64,000 nt of DNA from Candidatus Enterosoma merdigallinarum. GTDB taxonomy: Bacteria; Bacillota_I; Bacilli_A; RFN20; CAG-288. Positions 25,198-37,344 of this stretch are shown in pieces. Position numbers and translations under genes: made by a program. Positions within the stretch are counted from its first letter, which is position 1. Each line of letters begins with the position of its first letter. The notes beneath the pieces were generated by a model. The model made no database searches and was not told the DNA's origin. It was given only the letters and a program-made list of their open reading frames with translations. Where the stretch lies: assembly GCA_018714385.1 (NCBI GenBank), contig DVNL01000002.1, positions 27,619 through 91,618 on the forward strand, given 5' to 3'.

Positions 25198-27849
25198 TCA
25201 GTGGGCCTCGTACCAGGTGAGGGAATAGTCGCCGTCGACCTTCAGCGGAACGTTCAGCTTGACGGCCTCCTCCATGGTTTTCTTGAGAAGCGGGACGACT
25301 GCTTCAAGTTCGTCTTTGGGAACTTTGAAGATGAGTTCGTCATGGATCTGGAGTATGATCTTCGTTTGGAAATTCCTCAAGGCTTCATCGGCCTTGATCA
25401 TGCTGATTTTCATCAGGTCGGCTGCGGAACCCTGAATGACGGTATTGACGGCGGCGCGTTCGGAGAATTGGCGGAGAGAATGGTTGCCGACGTTGATGTC
25501 CTTGATATAGCGTCTCCGATGGAATATGGTCTCCACGAAGCCATGCTTTCGTGCCGATTCGATCGTTTGGGTCTCGAAGGTGTCGATTTCCGGAAAGACC
25601 GCCTTGAAGGAGCGGATCAATTCCTTGGCTTCGCCTGTCGGTATGCCGAGCTGCTCAGAAAGACCATAGGCGGAAATGCCATAGACGATGCCGAAATTGA
25701 CCGCTTTTGCGCGTCGACGCATCTCGGGCGTGACCTCCTCGATAGGAACCTTGAAGACACGGCTTGCGGTCGCCTTGTGGATGTCTTCCCCTTCCTTGAA
25801 GATATCGACGAGGCTTTGGATGCCGCCGACATGGGCAAGGACACGAAGTTCGATCTGGGAGTAGTCGAGAGAGAGGAGATAGAAGGCTTTTTCCGGATAG
25901 AAGAAAGCCTTCCGGATCGCTTTGCCCTCTTCGTTTCGGATGGAGATGTTCTGGAGATTCGGCTCGCTCATCGAAAGACGGCCTGTCGCCGTGAGGGCCT
26001 GGTTATAGATGGCGTGTATCTTTCCGTCCTTTCCCAAGTGCTTCGGAAGGGCGGACGTGTAGCCGGAGAGGAGTTTGCTATAGAGACGGTATTGAATGAT
26101 GAGAGGGACCACCGGGCTATCCCCGATATGGGCGTTGAGGACTTCGATCCCGCTTCCGTGCTCGCCTCTGTTTCTCGGGATCTTCAGGTCTGTGAAGAGA
26201 ACTTCCTCCACCTTTTTGGGGGAATTGACGTTGAACTCCTTGCCGCTGAGTCGATATATCTCCTCGCGGATCTGGTCCAGACGCTTTCCGTATTCGTTTC
26301 CGATTTCTTCCAGCGTCTTTAGATCCATCGGCACGCCTTCAAGCTCCATCTTTGCCAAGACACGTGCAAGCGGCAATTCTATTTCGTAGAAAAGCTCTTC
26401 CTCACCATTTTTCTTGATATCGGCAATCACCTGTTCTTTGAGATCGATGGCAAGACCGAGGGATTGGCTATAGACAGGGAGGTTGTGAGAAAATTCCAGG
26501 CCATAGGAGAAGAAAAGCTCTTCGACTTTCTGCCCGCAGTCCGTGTTGATGAGATAGGTGGCCAAAAGGAGATCGAAGTCGCATCCTTCGAGGAAGGGAA
26601 AGTCATAGCGGCCAAGATAGACGTAGAGTCCCTTGAGGTCATAGACGGTCTTTTTCTCGGGCGAACGCAGATAAGAAAAGAAGTCCTTGTCCTCTCTTGC
26701 CTGTTCCAGCCGGAGATGATAAATGGCGTCCTTCCCGATGAGGGCAAAGCCGAGGAGATTTGCCGTGTTCTCGTTTGTCCCGTCGCTGTCGTAGGTGATG
26801 CCAAGCACCGGCTCGGGGATGTCTTTCATGCTCTGTATCTCGACGATCGGCCTTGTCTGCAGATGGCTCTTCTCTTTGACAAGGGATTGCACTTCCTGCG
26901 ATTCCTGGAAGGCATCCTCGAGCGTCATCTGTTCGCCTTCCGTGGCGCTGCTGATGCCTTTCAGCTTGTCTATCTTCGAGAGGAAGGATTTGAATTCGTA
27001 ATGGAGATAGAAGGCGGAGAGTCTTTCTTTCAAGTAGGGACGATAGAGGCTCTTTTCATAGTCTTCCTTCATGTCCAGGGAGGTATCGATCGTCGCCAGT
27101 TTCTTGAAGAAGCGAGCCTGCTCGGCCCCGGCAACGATCTTGGCATAGGTCTTGCTCGTGGCGGCGAGACCTTCGGCTTTCTTGAGGACTTCCTCGAGAT
27201 GGCCGCATTCTTCCAGAAGTTTCTTCGCCGTTTTTTCGCCGATTCCCGGGATGCCCTTGTAGTTGTCGGAGGGATCGCCGGCGATTCCCTTGAAGTCCGT
27301 CACCTGATCGGGGTTCAGGCCGAACTCGGAATCCTTGAGAGTCTTCCGTGTGTACTCGGCCGTCTTGGATAGACCGGTCAGAGGGCAGATGATCCGGACG
27401 TTGTCGCCGATGTCCAGAAGCTGGAAAAGGTCTCTGTCGGAGGAGATGAGGATGACATCGTCTCCTTTTTCGTGGGCATAGCGGGCCATCGATCCGCAGA
27501 GATCGTCCGCTTCATATCCTTCTCTTTCCTGGTGGTAGATGGACATGCAGTCGAGCAGTTCCCGGGAAATCGGAATCTGCGCGATGATCGCTTCGTCCAA
27601 AGGCTTCCGCTGTGCCTTGTATTCCTGGAAGGCCATCTTTCGGAAGGTCGGCTTGTCCGTGTCGAACGCGACGAAGATCCTGTCTCCTTCCTGCGCCATC
27701 GCTTTGATGGTCTTCATGAAGTTGTGGAACGCGAAAATGGCGTTGGTGGGGATGTTGTCCTTCGTGATCATGAGGTTTCCCGAATGGACCGTGGAATGAT
27801 AGGCGCGGAAGAACAGGGAATTTCCGTCCACGACGAATGTTTTACTCAT
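25198..27849 (-). CDS. polA: DNA polymerase I
   Basis: 883 aa. 5'-nuclease N-terminus, then polymerase motifs LLSLDYSQIELRVLAH, RRRAKAVNFGIVYG and LQIHDELIF. Confidence 0.95.
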   Translation of the reverse strand: MSKTFVVDGNSLFFRAYHSTVHSGNLMITKDNIPTNAIFAFHNFMKTIKAMAQEGDRIFVAFDTDKPTFRKMAFQEYKAQRKPLDEAIIAQIPISRELLDCMSIYHQEREGYEADDLCGSMARYAHEKGDDVILISSDRDLFQLLDIGDNVRIICPLTGLSKTAEYTRKTLKDSEFGLNPDQVTDFKGIAGDPSDNYKGIPGIGEKTAKKLLEECGHLEEVLKKAEGLAATSKTYAKIVAGAEQARFFKKLATIDTSLDMKEDYEKSLYRPYLKERLSAFYLHYEFKSFLSKIDKLKGISSATEGEQMTLEDAFQESQEVQSLVKEKSHLQTRPIVEIQSMKDIPEPVLGITYDSDGTNENTANLLGFALIGKDAIYHLRLEQAREDKDFFSYLRSPEKKTVYDLKGLYVYLGRYDFPFLEGCDFDLLLATYLINTDCGQKVEELFFSYGLEFSHNLPVYSQSLGLAIDLKEQVIADIKKNGEEELFYEIELPLARVLAKMELEGVPMDLKTLEEIGNEYGKRLDQIREEIYRLSGKEFNVNSPKKVEEVLFTDLKIPRNRGEHGSGIEVLNAHIGDSPVVPLIIQYRLYSKLLSGYTSALPKHLGKDGKIHAIYNQALTATGRLSMSEPNLQNISIRNEEGKAIRKAFFYPEKAFYLLSLDYSQIELRVLAHVGGIQSLVDIFKEGEDIHKATASRVFKVPIEEVTPEMRRRAKAVNFGIVYGISAYGLSEQLGIPTGEAKELIRSFKAVFPEIDTFETQTIESARKHGFVETIFHRRRYIKDINVGNHSLRQFSERAAVNTVIQGSAADLMKISMIKADEALRNFQTKIILQIHDELIFKVPKDELEAVVPLLKKTMEEAVKLNVPLKVDGDYSLTWYEAH

Positions 27850-30754
27850 AGGTTTCTTTCCTTCCTTTCAAGTTGATGAGGTGGCAATGATAGATGTTCT
27901 TCTTGGCGAAATCGGCCTTGACGAGGACGAAGTCATTGTTCTGGATGCCCTCTTCCTCGGTATGGACCATGTATTCCTTCCTGCCGTCTGTGCCGAGGAA
28001 GGCATGGTCGCTTACCATCTTGGCATCGTCAAGGACAAGCAGAGTCCGATATCCGGCCTTTCTGGCGATGGTCTTCAGACTTTGTGAGAGAATGACGCCT
28101 AGAGTCTGTTTCTCGAGGTAGAGCCTCTTTCCGACATCCTCTTCCCTCTTCACGGATGGCACCTGTCGTTCCGGGAAACCCATCCTTGCGAAGGAAAGAT
28201 AGTCGGACAGCATCGCCTTCATTCCGCTGCGGGACTTGGAGAGACAGTCGAAGGCACCGCCATCGATCATCCTCTTTATCGTCTTTTCCTGATCGAGAGT
28301 GATCTTTCCGACCATTCGGAGACAAAAATCATAGAAGGACTTGAAAGCGCCTTTTTCCCGTTCTATAAGGATGGCTTCCATCGTTTCCTTGTCCATCATC
28401 GAAATCTGATTCAATGATAAATAGAAGATATTATCTTTAACAATGATGTCATCTTTTGCGGATACATTGATGTTTGGCGTGGAAAGGATGTAGCCTTGTC
28501 GATAGATTTCCTTGATGGACTCATAGGTGGCGTCACTCGATAGGGAGGCTTCTTTCAAGGCCGTCTTGTAGAAACTTTCCGGATAGTGGGCCTTCAAATA
28601 GAGAAGCTTGTAGGAGATGAGAGAATAGGAATAGGCATGGGACTTGTTGAAACCATAGCCGGCGAATTTTTCGACGTCTTCGTAAATGGCTTGGGCCTTG
28701 TCGTCCGGGATGCCGTTACGCTTTGCCCCCAGAAGGAACTTTTCGCGATATTGTTCCATTTCTTTGAGTTTCTTCTTCGATATCGCCCTTCTAAAGAGAT
28801 CGGCATCGGAGGCATCGAAGCCGGCAAGGACTTTCACGAGTTCGATGACTTGCTCCTGGAACAGGATGATTCCATAAGTGTCTTGCAGGATCGGCCTCAT
28901 CCTTTCATCGGCATAGATGATGGGCTTGCCTTCGTTCTTCCGCCTGGCGAATTCCTGGATATAGGCCTTCGGGCCTGGACGGTAGAGGGCAAGGATGGAG
29001 GCGATGTCTTTGAAAGACGCCGGCTTGACAGCTTCGATCGTCCGTTTCATCCCCGAACTTTCCAGCTGGAAGATATAGGACAGGTTCAAGGCATTGAGGC
29101 AATCATAGGCCTTTTTGTCCTCGAGATCGTTCAAGACATCGATTTCCTTTCCGATCTTTTCCTCGATCTTTCGGATGAAAGTGAGGTTCGAGAGCGAAAG
29201 GATGTCGCATTTCAGGAAGCCGAGGCGTTCCATGTAAGGATATTCAAATAGGGACGTGCCGAAAGTCCCGTTTCTCATCGGGCAGGATCGATAGATATCT
29301 TCCTGGCTGATGATGACGCCGGCGGCATGGATGGACGTGTTGACGACAATGCCCAGAAGCGGTTTGACCTTTTCGACGAGCTCCTGGAAATAATTGTCTT
29401 CAAGAAGACGCCGAAGCCTGTCGCCCAGCACCGGATCGAGAAGGGCCTGTTCGAAGTCTTGGGCCGAATCGGGAATGCTGGAAGTCAGACGTTTGATCCG
29501 GTTTTCCGAGTAGGAGAGTGCCGGACCGATCAAGTTGATGGCGCCTTTCGGCTTGAGCTTGACAAAGGTCACGATATCGCTGACTCGGCTTTCGCCATAG
29601 CGTGCCTTCAGATAGGTGACGACTTCCTCTCGTCGGTCATCTTGGAAGTCGATGTCGATATCCGGCATATCCTTCCTCTTCGGATTGAGGAAGCGCTCAA
29701 AGGAAAGCGAACAACGTATCGGGTCGAGCTCCGTGATGCCGAGGCTGTAGGCGACAAGGCTGCCGGCGGAGGAGCCTCTTCCTGGGCCGACTTCTATCTT
29801 CCGGCTCTTTGCGAAGTCGACGTAGTCGCTGACAAGAAGGAAATAAGACGAAAACTTCATCTTCCGAATCACACTGAGCTCATAGTCCAGTCGCACATGA
29901 TATTCCGGTGGGATGAGGTTTGTCTTGAGTCTTTCGGCCAGCCTTTCATATGAAAGGTGATACAGGCGATCGTCTGCATCATCGAAAGATATCGGCTTTC
30001 CTCTTTGTCTGAAAAATTGGAAATCGATTTTGTCAGCTATCAATTGCGTTGAAAAAATATCTTTTTCTCGATAGATTTCTTCGATGGAATTGACAGAAAG
30101 AAGAAAATCGGGACCGCCCTGGGGGATGTCGCCCGCTTTTTCCTTCGAGACAGCCTTTTGCAGGAGATAAAGCGAACTATAGTTTTCTTTTCTGAGATAA
30201 AGGGTTTTTGGGAAGGCGACGGTGTCATAACCCTGTCTGTAGCAGAATTCATAAAGGACGGGCATTTCGTTTCTGTCGACGATGGACGCAATGCTGATTC
30301 CGAAGTGAAAGTCCTCGCCGAAGATCTTGCTGAACTGAAGAAGTTGAGGAGACATTTTTGTCAAGGCTTCTTTGTCTTTGAAGGCGGCATCGGAAGTATC
30401 GAGGATCAGCGTTAGGCCTTCATGGATGGACAATAAAAGGTCGTTTCCGATGATGGGTTCGTGCTTTGCCACGAGGCTGAGGAGATTGGCGTATCCTTTT
30501 TCGTTCTGGACGAGAAGGACGCCCTCAAATGGCGTGGCCAGAGGACTTCTCAGGTGGACTCGATATCCGAAGATGGGTTTCAACCCCTGACTGTTGCAGG
30601 CATCGGCGAGAGCGGGAAAGGAATAGAGATTTTCGTCGGCTATGGCAATGCCTTTGTATCCCAGGTGTTTTGCCCTTTCCGCATAGGGAAAAGGCATGAT
30701 GGTCGATTCATAGAAGGAGTAGGCGCTGATGGTGTTGAACTGGTAAAAATCCAT
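27842..30754 (-). CDS. dnaE: DNA polymerase III alpha subunit (DnaE type)
   Basis: 970 aa. PHP N-terminus, MPDIDIDF, GYGFNKSHAYSY. The stop overlaps the polA start by 8 nt. Confidence 0.92.
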   Translation of the reverse strand: MDFYQFNTISAYSFYESTIMPFPYAERAKHLGYKGIAIADENLYSFPALADACNSQGLKPIFGYRVHLRSPLATPFEGVLLVQNEKGYANLLSLVAKHEPIIGNDLLLSIHEGLTLILDTSDAAFKDKEALTKMSPQLLQFSKIFGEDFHFGISIASIVDRNEMPVLYEFCYRQGYDTVAFPKTLYLRKENYSSLYLLQKAVSKEKAGDIPQGGPDFLLSVNSIEEIYREKDIFSTQLIADKIDFQFFRQRGKPISFDDADDRLYHLSYERLAERLKTNLIPPEYHVRLDYELSVIRKMKFSSYFLLVSDYVDFAKSRKIEVGPGRGSSAGSLVAYSLGITELDPIRCSLSFERFLNPKRKDMPDIDIDFQDDRREEVVTYLKARYGESRVSDIVTFVKLKPKGAINLIGPALSYSENRIKRLTSSIPDSAQDFEQALLDPVLGDRLRRLLEDNYFQELVEKVKPLLGIVVNTSIHAAGVIISQEDIYRSCPMRNGTFGTSLFEYPYMERLGFLKCDILSLSNLTFIRKIEEKIGKEIDVLNDLEDKKAYDCLNALNLSYIFQLESSGMKRTIEAVKPASFKDIASILALYRPGPKAYIQEFARRKNEGKPIIYADERMRPILQDTYGIILFQEQVIELVKVLAGFDASDADLFRRAISKKKLKEMEQYREKFLLGAKRNGIPDDKAQAIYEDVEKFAGYGFNKSHAYSYSLISYKLLYLKAHYPESFYKTALKEASLSSDATYESIKEIYRQGYILSTPNINVSAKDDIIVKDNIFYLSLNQISMMDKETMEAILIEREKGAFKSFYDFCLRMVGKITLDQEKTIKRMIDGGAFDCLSKSRSGMKAMLSDYLSFARMGFPERQVPSVKREEDVGKRLYLEKQTLGVILSQSLKTIARKAGYRTLLVLDDAKMVSDHAFLGTDGRKEYMVHTEEEGIQNNDFVLVKADFAKKNIYHCHLINLKGRKETYE

Positions 30755-30921
30755 ATACTCATTTTACTACAAAGAGGCCTGTGCCACCTGCTATTTCGGC
30801 AAAGGGGAAAGTGTCTCGGAAATGTCTCTCTTTTCTCTTTCTTTTTGACTCAAAGAAGGTGATTTTTCCTCTCTTTTGTTTGATCGGCATCTTTTTTGTC
30901 AGCTGGTCTTTGTCCCCTTCC

Positions 30922-30950
30922 TTTACATGGTTTTCATTTTCGGCTATATT
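30922..30950 (+). promoter_or_regulatory. candidate sigma-70 promoter of rlmB
   Basis: TTTACA, a 17-nt spacer, then TATATT, about 28 nt before the ATG at 30978. Confidence 0.4.
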
Positions 30951-30977
30951 CAAGGGCACGAAAGAGGTGGACAGCAT

Positions 30978-31715
30978 ATGGAAAGCAACGGCATGGTCTA
31001 TGGCAAAATCCCCGTCAAGAATGCTTTGGAGGGAAGAAGAAAACCCATTCGGCTTTTCCTCAACAGGGACCATCCCGACAAAGAGATCCAGAGCCTTGCC
31101 AGCCGCAAAGGCGTCAGCTATAAGCTGGTGGACGAGAAGGAACTGAGAAGATTGTCAGGGGAAGGCAATCATCAGGGGGCCGTTCTTTTGCTGCAGGGCT
31201 TCGAATATGCCTCCCTCGACGATCTTCTCGAAGAGACAAAGGACAAAGCAAATGCCACGATCGTGCTTCTCGACGGTCTTGAGGATCCTGTCAACTTCGG
31301 ATCCATCATCCGTTCCTCGGCCGCCTTTGCCGCCGACGGCATCGTCATCCGCGACAAGAGGCAGGTCCAGGTGACGCCGACGGTCTGCAAGGTCGCCACC
31401 GGGGCCGAAGACACTCTCCCGATCGCCCGTGTGAGCAATCTTTCCCAAGCCATCGAGACTTTCAAGAAGAACGGCTTTTGGATCGTCTGCTCCGCCGGCG
31501 AAGGTTCCGATCCTTATGACGAGATCGACTACAGCGGAAAAATCGTCCTTGTCGTCGGTTCGGAAGGTTTCGGAGCTTCAAGAATCGTCGAGAACAATGC
31601 TGATTTTCTGGCGAGCATCCCTCTCGATGGCGACATAAAAGCTCTTAACGCCGGAGTCGCTTGCGCCATCTTCCTGGCTCAGATTTCTTCTTTCCGCCGA
31701 AAAAAGAACCAGTAG
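30978..31715 (+). CDS. rlmB: 23S rRNA 2'-O-ribose G2251 methyltransferase (SpoU/TrmH family)
   Basis: Conserved blocks VLLDGLEDPVNFGSIIRSSAAF, LVVGSEGFG and SLNAGVA-like. The start at 30978 follows RBS AGAGGTGG. The ORF track begins at 30876. Confidence 0.85.
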   Translation: MESNGMVYGKIPVKNALEGRRKPIRLFLNRDHPDKEIQSLASRKGVSYKLVDEKELRRLSGEGNHQGAVLLLQGFEYASLDDLLEETKDKANATIVLLDGLEDPVNFGSIIRSSAAFAADGIVIRDKRQVQVTPTVCKVATGAEDTLPIARVSNLSQAIETFKKNGFWIVCSAGEGSDPYDEIDYSGKIVLVVGSEGFGASRIVENNADFLASIPLDGDIKALNAGVACAIFLAQISSFRRKKNQ

Positions 31716-31756
31716 TTTTATTTAAAAGACGCGTCTTTTTCGGAAAGGAGAAACAC

Positions 31757-32419
31757 ATGCCTCAGCAGACCGAGTTTTATGTTGTCAAAATCAATGAATC
31801 CGTTCGTGCCGTCTATCATGCCTTGGCAGATGGAGAAAAGGACCGAGGAGAAAGCTACGACTACGTCGGTTTTTCCTTGGAGGAGGTCGCCCTTCTGTCC
31901 CGGACATCTCCATTGGCTCTCAAGGAATGCCTGAGAAGGGTTCGTCCTCTTCTTCTGCGCGCCATGCGATCCTACATGAAGAAAGTGGCTTGCTCCGAAA
32001 TCGAGATTCTTCCCTGCCTGGAGGAGGCCGTCGTCAAGGCGATCGATAAATTCGATCCGTCCCGGGGATGTTTCACGCATTATTTGAGTCGCTTCCTCAC
32101 GCTGACGATTCGCTCCTTCAACAAATCCTTGCTCATGCGCCGGAAACGGGTCGTGAACGCTTTCGACGAAATGGTCTTTGAGCATAGCCGGGACGCCCGT
32201 GAAGACGGCACGGATCAAAATATCCGGTTTCGGATGGACCTGGATTTCTATATGGCTCTTCTCACTTCCGACGAGCGTCTGATCTTGAGGCTCTTCCAGG
32301 AGAAGCATACCTTTCGCGATATCGCAAAGACCATTCATCTCTCGCCGACTGCCGTGGCCGACAAGATCGACATCATGTTGGGGGAACTGAAGAACAGACA
32401 TCGACGGCTTCAGATATGA
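31757..32419 (+). CDS. divergent sigma-70-family factor, SigH-like by sequence and by position after rlmB
   Basis: 220 aa from the ATG after RBS GGAGAA. Region-2-like EEAVVKAIDKFDPSRGCFTHYLSRFL and region-4.2-like HTH TFRDIAKTIHLSPTAVADKI. Confidence 0.5.
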   Translation: MPQQTEFYVVKINESVRAVYHALADGEKDRGESYDYVGFSLEEVALLSRTSPLALKECLRRVRPLLLRAMRSYMKKVACSEIEILPCLEEAVVKAIDKFDPSRGCFTHYLSRFLTLTIRSFNKSLLMRRKRVVNAFDEMVFEHSRDAREDGTDQNIRFRMDLDFYMALLTSDERLILRLFQEKHTFRDIAKTIHLSPTAVADKIDIMLGELKNRHRRLQI

Positions 32420-32444
32420 AAAAGAGCCAACTTTCGTTGGCTCT
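32418..32444 (-). terminator. Rho-independent terminator of pnp, which may also stop the sigma gene
   Basis: Perfect 9-bp stem AGAGCCAAC/GTTGGCTCT with loop TTTC. T-run on the minus strand. Confidence 0.7.
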
Positions 32445-32468
32445 CTCGAAGTTTGTCAAGAATGGAAT

Positions 32469-34673
<2,205 letters not shown>

Positions 34674-35104
34674 TCTTGGACCTCTTTCTTTTTTCTATAC
34701 GAAAAAGATTTTAACATAGACGGAGAGAACAGAGGGAAAGTTCCTTTCAAAAAGAAGAGGCGAGAGCAGGAAAACTTGTAAAAGCGCCTGAAAAGAGGTT
34801 GCCGAAAACTTTTTTTACTTTTTGGTAGCGACATAGTCATATTTCATGGGAAACAGGCCACAATCCATTTAACAAACTTGACAAAGAGGGGCTAGGCATA
34901 AAAAGGCAATTCTTCATTTGAGGCGATTGTATATCGGGCTCCTCATAAAAGGTCATGTAGTCAGAGAAACGGATAAGTGTTACCACATATCTATTTCATA
35001 AATGCGTTTATAGTATGTGCTGTAAAAATAGTAGGATTATATTTTTTTCTTAAAACAAATTAATACGTAATAAATAGAATGGATATACATACCACTCTTG
35101 GCTG

Positions 35105-36400
35105 CTAATTTTCTTTTATAGAATCTAATATCCAATATATCCATTTTCGGACGCTTGAAAGGCGTCTCTCGTAAGTTTTTTCCTTGCCGATTCTAAATAA
35201 GTTTGCTGCACGCATTATCTCAAGCATTTTGTTTAGTGAGGGCTCTTTGAGATTGTTCTTCAAATAAAGGGATAAAATCTTTTTGAACACTTCATGGAGG
35301 AGTATTTTTCGGATAAATTCTATTCTTCTTTGTCGGTAGGGGAGTTCCAATATTTTTTTCGCATCGTCAGTAAGCCGAAATAATCCGCTTTTTTTGTCCT
35401 TCTGAAGCAAACCCAAATAAACGCCGGCATTGGCATAGTAGTCAGCCTGTCTGGGTTCGAAGTCGTAATTGGCAGTAATTTCCTCTTTTGCGATCCCTCG
35501 CTTTGCAAGATGCAGGATATCGATTACGCGATTAAAGTCGTTTGCTTGAGGGAAGGGGACGTTCGGCTCAGGAAGTGATCTCGTTGTTTGTAGAAGTCGA
35601 TGAAGAGAGTCTAAAGTCAAAGGTCTTCTTTCTTCGAGAGTGTAGGCCTTTCCCTTCAAGAGAATCAAGGAATTATAATTGTCAAACTCGTCTTGTGGAT
35701 ATCCGTATTCTCGGAAATAGAAAACCTTGTCGGAATAGGTGAAAAACACGAGTCTTATTTTTTTGTCCCAAATACGGTTTTTCAACATTCGAAATGGGTA
35801 GTAAAGCTGGCGGATGAGAAAGTCTGTGCAAAGACCAAGTTTGGCTTCGAAAACGGTGATGCTATCTTTTCCCTCGTAGCTCGCATCGATCTCAATCTGA
35901 GAATTCGAAACGTTTAGATGGTCATACCCCTCTCCTAAAGCATGTTGCATTCGAAAAGCAAAGATACTGGAGGCCATGCGTCCTTGAAGTGTCAGTTGGG
36001 TTTCTTCTCCCAGAAAATCATCGATCATGTGAGTGATGTGTGCAACGGCTAGAGCATTTTGTTCGCTTGTAATATCGGAGGCGTCAAGGCTTTCGATATT
36101 ATCAGGATAAGATTTGAACTGCGGACGTGAGAGATCGATGTCTTCTAGGGCGTGATACATTTCCCCATGTCCGAGCAAATATTCACTTCGAGAAATCGGC
36201 ATGATGGAATAGTGATTCTTCTTGAAGCGTTCCGGAAGACAGCTGTAATGATCGAATTTTGTCATCAGCCGAGGCTCCCTGGCGCCGATTTTTTTGAGGG
36301 CTTTTGAATCAATGACGCAGGTCCCGTTTTTCAGTGCCGCCTCTACTTTCAAATGAAGGTCTGAAAAGACCCTATCCCAAGCCTGTTCATTTTTATCCAT
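35105..36400 (-). CDS. putative type II restriction endonuclease, PD-(D/E)xK, family not recognised
   Basis: 431 aa. The start overlaps the methylase stop by 8 nt. Nuclease motif SQIEID(172)...VFE(185)AK(187). The C-terminal 140 aa looks like a helical or wHTH DNA-binding module. Confidence 0.6.
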   Translation of the reverse strand: MDKNEQAWDRVFSDLHLKVEAALKNGTCVIDSKALKKIGAREPRLMTKFDHYSCLPERFKKNHYSIMPISRSEYLLGHGEMYHALEDIDLSRPQFKSYPDNIESLDASDITSEQNALAVAHITHMIDDFLGEETQLTLQGRMASSIFAFRMQHALGEGYDHLNVSNSQIEIDASYEGKDSITVFEAKLGLCTDFLIRQLYYPFRMLKNRIWDKKIRLVFFTYSDKVFYFREYGYPQDEFDNYNSLILLKGKAYTLEERRPLTLDSLHRLLQTTRSLPEPNVPFPQANDFNRVIDILHLAKRGIAKEEITANYDFEPRQADYYANAGVYLGLLQKDKKSGLFRLTDDAKKILELPYRQRRIEFIRKILLHEVFKKILSLYLKNNLKEPSLNKMLEIMRAANLFRIGKEKTYERRLSSVRKWIYWILDSIKEN

Positions 36401-37244
36401 CGTTCATTACCAGAACTTCATCGACGGCTCCTCTCCCTTCTGCCTTGGAATTGATTGCTCTTTTCGCTTTAACGATTTCGATGTGGTAATCTTTGTAAAG
36501 TTCCAAGATAAAGTTGGTTGCTGCATTGGAGAGAAGAAAGCGGACATGCTTTTCGCTTAAGACATCCAACGTTTTTTTCAGCCTAATTTGATCTTCTTTG
36601 GTGAACCCGTTTTTCTGATATGAAGTAAAAGAGTCCCCCTTTACTGTGTCATAAGGGGGATCTAGATAGACGAAATCCCCTTCTCTTACTTTCTTTAGAA
36701 CATTTGCGAAATCCTCTGAGAGCAGTTGGATATTTCCCTTTTGCAGGATGCCGCTGGCCAGTCTCAAGTTATTTTTGTCGAAGATCGTTGGATTGCGATA
36801 ACGGCCAAAAGGCGTGTTGAATTGTCCCTTGGAATTGACTCGATATAATCCGTTGTAACAAGTATGGTTGAGATAGATAAAGCGAGCCGCATGCTGGATG
36901 GGGGTGAGGCTTTTAAAATTTGTGTTTCGATCCAAATTCCTCACCTTATAGTAAAAATCATTGGAGTTTTGGTATTTTGCAAGTTCTTCGATCAGCTCTT
37001 CAACATTTGTCTTTACAGTTTTGTAAGTGTTTATCAACTCTCTGTTGAGGTCGTTGAGTGTGGCGTTTTTTGGCTGAAGTGCGAAAAAGAGAGCGCCGCC
37101 ACCCAAAAAGGGTTCATAGTAGCGATGAAAAGGAGGAATATGACTAACCAAAACGTCCAAAAGCTGCCTTTTGCCGCCCGCCCACTTCAGAAAAGGACGG
37201 GCGATACTATCCTTTTGGGTTGTGTTTGTCTTTGTCTCTGCCAT
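36393..37244 (-). CDS. Dam-family (alpha class) N6-adenine DNA methyltransferase
   Basis: 283 aa. AdoMet motif FLKWAGGKRQLL...EPFLGGGA and catalytic motif YLDPPY. Confidence 0.9.
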   Translation of the reverse strand: MAETKTNTTQKDSIARPFLKWAGGKRQLLDVLVSHIPPFHRYYEPFLGGGALFFALQPKNATLNDLNRELINTYKTVKTNVEELIEELAKYQNSNDFYYKVRNLDRNTNFKSLTPIQHAARFIYLNHTCYNGLYRVNSKGQFNTPFGRYRNPTIFDKNNLRLASGILQKGNIQLLSEDFANVLKKVREGDFVYLDPPYDTVKGDSFTSYQKNGFTKEDQIRLKKTLDVLSEKHVRFLLSNAATNFILELYKDYHIEIVKAKRAINSKAEGRGAVDEVLVMNDG

Positions 37245-37247
37245 ACA

Positions 37248-37327
37248 TTTGGGTTAAATACAACCGATATAATAACCCAAAAGGGTAGCAGAAACAATTC
37301 AAATGGGTTTTATATCCATCCCATTTG
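37248..37327. promoter_or_regulatory. two perfect inverted repeats in the M/C divergent intergenic region (candidate operator or C-box sites)
   Basis: TTTGGGTTA (37248-37256) pairs with TAACCCAAA (37273-37281). CAAATGGG (37300-37307) pairs with CCCATTTG (37320-37327). Confidence 0.45.
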
Positions 37328-37344
37328 TTGGCTAGGCTTTTTAT

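Noticed and set aside
34674-35104. Search for rpsO or a structured pnp leader upstream of pnp.
   Set aside because: There is no ORF resembling ribosomal protein S15 on either strand. I could not support any specific leader structure by eye.
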